A stretch of 64,000 nt of DNA, taken from Raillietiella orientalis. Its lineage: Eukaryota. The DNA lies in assembly GCA_036172245.1 (NCBI GenBank), contig JAYWIR010000031.1, positions 434,001 through 498,000 of the forward strand, given 5' to 3'. Below the pieces are notes generated by a model, which did no database searches, was not told the DNA's origin, and was given only the letters and a program-made list of their open reading frames with translations. The translations under genes were made by a program, and so were the position numbers. This document shows positions 58,001 to 64,000 of the stretch, piece by piece; position 1 is the stretch's first letter; the number at the start of each line of letters is the position of its first letter.

Positions 58001-61000
58001 CCTGGCGGCCGCTGCGAGAGGGGGCGAGCCGGGAACTCCTTCCCGGGAGGAGTGTTTCCGGTCCGAGGAAGGACCAGCCGGTTGCCTCCCAAAGGAACCG
58101 CGTCCTATTCCCTATCCTATTCCCACCTTCTCGCTCCCCCATCTCCCCACCGCCCCTTTTCCAAGCGTGAAACGCGTCGAAGAAGATGGCGCCTTCTCTG
58201 CGTGGGCGATGGCGCCGGAGGACTCCGAGCCGGCGGGGCGAGTAGTTGCGCGCGCGTCGGTGCCGCCTGCGGTCCGGAGGGGAGGGGCGGGTGGCCCTGC
58301 TGCAGACAGCCCGTCGCGCGTAGCCCGTCGTTACCGCAGGAGCAGTTGGCCGCCTGAGGGGCGTGGCTCGAAGACACGCCGGAGCGGATTTCGGCCGGAA
58401 GAGAAGCGGCGTGCCCGCCTTCGCGAGGGAAGGATAGTGGCGCGCGGCGGCCGGAAGGCCGGCTAATGAGCTCCGCCTCCGAAAGGCACTCGGGCAACAC
58501 CGCAGCTCTGGTCGAGCCCTCGACAGCAAACAAATGGGCCATTAGGGCCGACCCTCCTCGTATGTGACCCATTTCGGGCCGAATCCTAGGGTAGACGCGG
58601 GATGCTCGGTAATGGAGTCCCCGCCTCCATCCGTCTGCCCTTCTACTCTCCCCCTTTTCTTTGTGGAATTTCTTAGCCTGCGGGAAGTTTCTCCCGGGCG
58701 CGACCCAGCTCGCCGCAGTGGCGGGCAGGAAGTTCCCCTCTCGCTGCGCCTCGCCCAGTGGTGAGCCGGGAGAGACCCCCCGTGCGAGCTCCCGCTAGCT
58801 TCCCGAAGAGGGGAGGGATTGCGAGCAATTGCGGCTCCGAGTCCTCAGACCAGCGGGCTTGTGCTGAAGGGGGGTCTGATGGAAGGCGCGTGGATCGGGG
58901 AAGACGGATGGCAGCGGGGAGACGTCTCTCTTCCCCAGGACTCACGAGTCGCCCGGGCAGCCCGAGCACGTCGAAGGTGCTGCCGGGCAGCTCCTCCTTC
59001 CTCCCGGGACTCTTCCAGACCCGTCCGCCTGCTACGACTACGCTGTCTGCCCTGGAGCCGCGTTCTTCTGTCGCTCCGGTAGGAGAAATGTGCGTGCCAA
59101 GGCGAGGACACGCGGTGTCGGACGCCACGATTGGAAGTGCACAGAAGACGGAAGAGGTGGAAGTGAGGAGAAGGGAAGGAGGGGGAAGAGAAAAGGAAGG
59201 AAGGAGAAAGAAGAGGGAGGAGGACTTGAATCCGCTTCAAAGAGCGGCCGCCTTAAGCAGCGGCGGTGGCGGCAGATCCCATCCTGCAAGCAGTTCGGGG
59301 ACTCAGAACGCCTCGTTCTCCCTGAAGATTAGTGAAAGTGATGCTCCCCGGGCTTCGCGCAGCGGAAGGGAGGATTATGCTTTGGTCCTGTGGCCCTTCT
59401 CTCGGGAAGTATTTCCTTAAGTCAAGAAAGCGAAAGCACGGGCAGGGAAGGATGGTCGCAAGCACTGGAGTGTTTCCTTTTCGCCGTCCTTCGGGGCTGC
59501 CGAGCTCTACCTTTTCCCCCTCCTGGAGCGTCAATGGGAGGAAACTCCTTCTGTGGACGGCGTCTGCGGGCTTCTGGTGTGAGGAGATGCTGGAGAGAAA
59601 CACGGGAATCTTAGCTCCCCCCTTCCGCCCATTTCACCCTCGTCGTCGTGACGCCAGTGCTCACTCCCTCAGCCAGCCGCCGTCCCAAAGGGCCGCCTCC
59701 TCAAGGTCGCACCACGAGATCGCTTCCTTCTCCTGCCGAGACGGTCCTACGGCTGCCCTCCTCTTTCCCCGTGCGCGCCAGCGGGGCCGCAGGAACGCCC
59801 AAGGGAGGGACCGCTCCCTGGGGAGGAAGGAGGGAACGGCGGCGAGATGTAAAGGGAGGAAGGAGCTCCGGTCCCATCTACACCCTCGTGGTGGTGGATT
59901 CAGATGGTGACCCTTTCCCTCCCTCCCGTGACCTTACCCTATCGCACCCTCCGCTCTTCAGAGAGTGGAAAGATGGCAGAGCTTTCAGCGCTTCGAAAAT
60001 GGGGCGCGTCGCCAAGAGAGGGGGTTGTTCCTCCTCACTACAGAGGGTCCTGAGGAGCGGTATCTTCCGATCCAGTTGGCTCGCGAGCTGCATGTAAGAG
60101 GGGCGATGAGAGGAAAGGCGGGTGTCAGGAGGTAGTTCCGGATTCCGGTCTCTTCTGCGCCGCTCGTGGAGTCCTCACCGCGGCTGCTGCTGCTTCCGAT
60201 TTTCGCCAACCCCACCGTCTCGAATCCACGACCACCCACTGCATCTCCGGCGTCCCCTGGGGTGTGCCCTTCCTTGCGGCTCCTGGCTCGTCCTGCAGTG
60301 ACTCCGCTTCCCTCCCTTCCTCCCGGCTCAGCTGGCGGTCTGTCGCGTCGCCGGCTCAAGAATCCGCCACTTCCTGCTCCCTTTCAGTGCTCCCCCCCTC
60401 CCCCCCAGGTTAGGCTTTCTCCCCGGTGCCGGCCTGCCGGGAGCAGCGGTGGCCCAAGGGCGCACATCTTGTCCCTTTTCCCTCCCTCTTTCGCGCTCCT
60501 GCCTCCTCCTCCAATGTGGGGAGCCGCGCCCCGAGGCCCGTCCAGTAGCCCAGGGTGACGAGGGATGTTTCAGCTGGATGTGACGGCGCCCTGGGCATGG
60601 AAGATGGTCACATCTCGGACAGCTCCCTCAATGCGAGCTCTTCGTTCGACGGCGGCAGCGTGGGACCCCAAAATGCCAGGTAGGCGGGAGAGAGGGAGGG
60701 GAATGACAGATGAGGTGCCTCAAGTCGGCAAAGGGGAGGAGAGATCATTCCTTCGGGTGCGCCCACGGCTCTTCCTTCTCCCCCTGCGCGTCTCGACCGT
60801 GAAGGAGAAGAGCCTGTCCGCTCCTTTTTCCGTTGACGAGAAAACCTCCTTCAGCTCCTTCCCGCCCAGAGAGCTCCTATTGCGGAGGGACTAGGGGAAG
60901 GATCGTCTCCCTGCGCTGCCGAAGGTCCTTCCTGGGAGTCCTACGTTGCCGGAGGGCACCATCCTCCAGGAGCGCTTGGGGAGATTCTCGCCCAGCAGCG

Positions 61001-62924
61001 GAAAAAACGAGCGCGCCCTCGCATCCCCTCGAGCGAGTCCTTCCTTTTTTCACCCCCTCCTCTCCCGCCCATTGTCGAGTCCCATCCTTCCTGGACCGGG
61101 GGCGGACGGCAAGTCACATCCTTGCCAGTGGCTGCGGAGGTTTGGCTCCGGATCCGGCAGGACATGGGAACGAGCGTAGGAGGAAGACTTCGGTCGCATT
61201 GGCAACGGCATGCTTTGTCCAAAGTCATCCTTATCCGGTTGTCTTTCCCTCTGGGGTCGCAGAGGAGGAATCGAGAAGAACGACGAAGGAATCTCAGAAA
61301 CCGCAGTCGCTCTCTCCACGGTGCGATGCCATGGCAACCTTCGTTCAGACCCCACGAGGTGCCCTGGCGGTCTGCTTCACGTCGGAAACGGTCCATAGGC
61401 GAAAGGTCTGCATGGCATTCGCAGGAGAGGAGGAGTCCCTTCTCCTCCTACAGGGAGGAGGCTAGCCGTGTCGGCTCTTCCTCTGCGCCCCTCGGGCTCC
61501 CCGGCAACTTGTCCTCGCCGGCTCCGGGCGATGAAGGCATTCGCTTGTCCCGGCGAGCGAGGAGTTACCCTCGGGAAAGATGCGCCGCTCCGGACTTTGT
61601 CTCATCTCGAGAGGAGAGGGAAAGCGGCCTACAAGAGCCCAAAGTGAGCAGGGGAAGGACACGTAACCTTTGCGACTGGGTCGGAAGATCCTTCATCTTG
61701 CGCGTTCGCTGTATTCCGACTCCCGTCACTGAAAAGAGCAACGCGTCCATCCTCCCTCATGCGTGTGCTGGAGGTGGAATGTGCTCCTCGACTCTTTCTC
61801 TTGCTCGACTTTGAGAAAGCTGGAACCCAACGACGCCGTAGCGTCAGACCTTATGTGACCTAAACCTCGAGGGGCAGTGACACTTCATGGTCCTTCCCCT
61901 ACCGGTCCAGGAGGTGTCGTTGTTGTTCATCTGCCCCAGATGGTTGCTGGGTTTCCCGCCTCCCAACTCTCCTCCCCGCCTTCTGCTTTTCTTCCACTTC
62001 CTTACATCAGGGAGAGACCGCTTCGCCTTCCCTCCCCTTTCCATCTCCTCCCGCTTTCCCGCGCGAGGCGGACCCGTTTCGCCGCGGCCCGCGTCCGTCG
62101 AGACGCGAACGTCTCTAAGCGCCTACGTGGTTGCGGGAAGCTGCGATCGCACATCTCCTGTTACATCTCGTGCGAAGAGGTGCGGAGACGAAAAGAGTTG
62201 CATCTTCCTTCTCATCCGAGTGCCCGTATGGATTACTCGCCCTTGTTCCTGGAAATCTCCCCGTGCCCGATGCGGCTTCGGGTTTCTCTCTCCTCTCTGG
62301 CCGCTCCGGAGTGGCGGCTCCGAAACGTCACGAATAGGATGCAGAAGGCGCGCTTTCGCTGCCAGGATAGTACTGCTGGAGGGAAGAGACGACCACATCG
62401 CCCCCTTGGGAGGGACTCCTTCCTCTCCCACGGCCGCCGCCGCCTCCATCTTGGCGGGCGCTTCTCGACAGAGGGCTCTGTGCGTTGGTGGCGCTCCTCG
62501 GCGCTTGCGGGCTTTTGCTGCTCCTTGAAAGCTTCCCTCCCTCCGGAGGCTCGATGAGGGAAAGAGGAGGAGGGAGAGGAGGGTTGGTGGTGGAAATGCA
62601 TGGCGTCCTGCTCCTCTGGCCTTGGTTACCGTGGGATGCGATCGGCTTCCCCCTTGTGCGAGCGCAGTTCCTTTGGCGACGCCGTGCTTACAGCTAATGG
62701 AAGCCGCGGAAAATGGAATCCAGGGCGAATCCCCGCATAAATCTAGGTAATGACACTTCGGGTACACAGCGCGGAGGATGCAGCTTCCCGTGGAAGGGGG
62801 AGGGAAGGAGGAGTTTGCCTCGCCAGAAACGCATGCTCTTCGGGGGCATCCAAAGCGGGCAAGCGACCGACCGCGTGGCGATGGGCAGGTGATGGCGCGA
62901 TTCCTTCAAGCGAGCTGCTTTGTG

Positions 62925-63168
62925 AAAGAAGGAGGAAGGAAGGAGAATGAGGACGGAAGTATGAAAAGAAAGGGAGGAGGTGGAAGGCAGGAGAATGAGG
63001 AGAGGATGGGAGGAGGAGGAAGGAGGAGGACAATAGGGAAGGAAGGAGGAGGAGAATGGAAAAGAAAGGAGGAGGAGGAGGAAGGGAGGAAGAAAGGAGA
63101 ATGGAGAATGAAGGAGGAAAAGGAAGGGAAGAAGAGAGTGGAAGTGGAGGAAGAAGGGAAGGAAAAGC
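62925..63168. repeat. Polypurine (GGA/GAA-rich) low-complexity tract
   Basis: About 240 bp almost exclusively A/G on the plus strand. Similar tracts occur at ~34760-34900, ~48745-48915, ~55550-55655 and (pyrimidine strand) ~51345-51450. Confidence 0.85.
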
Positions 63169-64000
63169 ATAGTGGTTCGAAAGCTGGAACCGACCCTCGT
63201 CCTCTATCGGTGACGCACGAATGTTCAAAGGCCTCTGCCACGTTCGAGGATCCACATGCGCCGAAATTCCTTCAGCTCAATCGGCTGGTAGCTGTGGCTA
63301 GGTTTTCAGGAAGGGTTCGCGGATCCCCAGGCCTTTCGAACCTTCCAGTGATTCCGTTTGCGGAGATCGGAGAGGGAAAAGAGTGTCATGGAGAGACTCT
63401 TCTACATTCCATCCCAATCGAGAAAGATCCTCTTCTACAGACGGCGTGTGCACGGAGGGAGGCTCTCTCACGGCGTTTCCGTCGACCATTTTCAAGCAGC
63501 TCGCGACTCCTCCCCCCATCGGATCGGCCGCCCCTCTGTGCCAAAGGTCCCATCCCGTCCGCTCCTCGATGGCCACAGGCGGCAACGCCGCCGTGCATGC
63601 TGAGGACCCTCGCGGCTAGGCCATCGGGACGCTTTGATCGCACTTCCGCGCGGGTGGCAGCTGGAACCCAGTCCATTTTTCGGGAGTGGAACCGGGACCC
63701 ATGGTGTCCTCACGAAGCGGTGGGTACGTTCCCGTCGGCTACGGTTCTTCTCGCGCTAATTTATGTTAATGATTGCAGCTGCTGTTTGCAATCCTCTGGT
63801 CCCATTAATCATCTGCAACTCGGAGCGGTTTCGGAGAGCAGGGGAGCGCGGGAGCGTTTATCCAGTTTGGATCCAATTAAGTACCAAAGCGATTTGAATG
63901 TCATCAGCTTGTTTTCGCGGGTCTTCTCAACACGGTCGGAACGCGGGTGCGGAGGAGGCGCTGCTTCGTACACAAACAGCATGGGTGGGAATGCGCATCT

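Noticed and set aside
53000..62800. Many overlapping 150-330 aa Pro/Arg/Gly/Ala-rich ORFs
   Set aside because: Expected by chance in very GC-rich DNA, where stop codons are rare; not called individually.
1..64000. CRISPR array, rRNA, intact tRNA or prokaryotic operons
   Set aside because: No regularly spaced repeats, rRNA signatures or complete cloverleafs were seen; the content is eukaryotic.

Overview
Eukaryotic (probably invertebrate) repeat-rich genomic DNA in which I could not confidently identify any host gene. The key feature is a full-length L1/Tx1-clade non-LTR retrotransposon on the minus strand (5291-10777). It has an RRM/CCHC ORF1 and an endonuclease-RT-zinc-finger ORF2, both with a few disabling lesions, and is bounded by a perfect 13-bp target-site duplication (CAATAAACTCTAT). 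Inside that TSD, its 5' end is a complete 140-nt U4 spliceosomal snRNA-like sequence that retains the kink-turn, Sm site and 3' stems. Also present: (1) about ten decayed fragments of a second Tx1-like family sharing a covarying three-hairpin 3' module, three of them joined tail-to-tail to a tRNA-derived unit; (2) a fold-back mariner MITE built from two transposase 3' halves (20479-21382); (3) very decayed Ty3/gypsy remnants; and (4) two GC-rich blocks (~14.3-17.7 kb and ~44-64 kb) with unidentified, partly paralogous ORF-like sequences. All calls are by-eye readings; no database search was possible.
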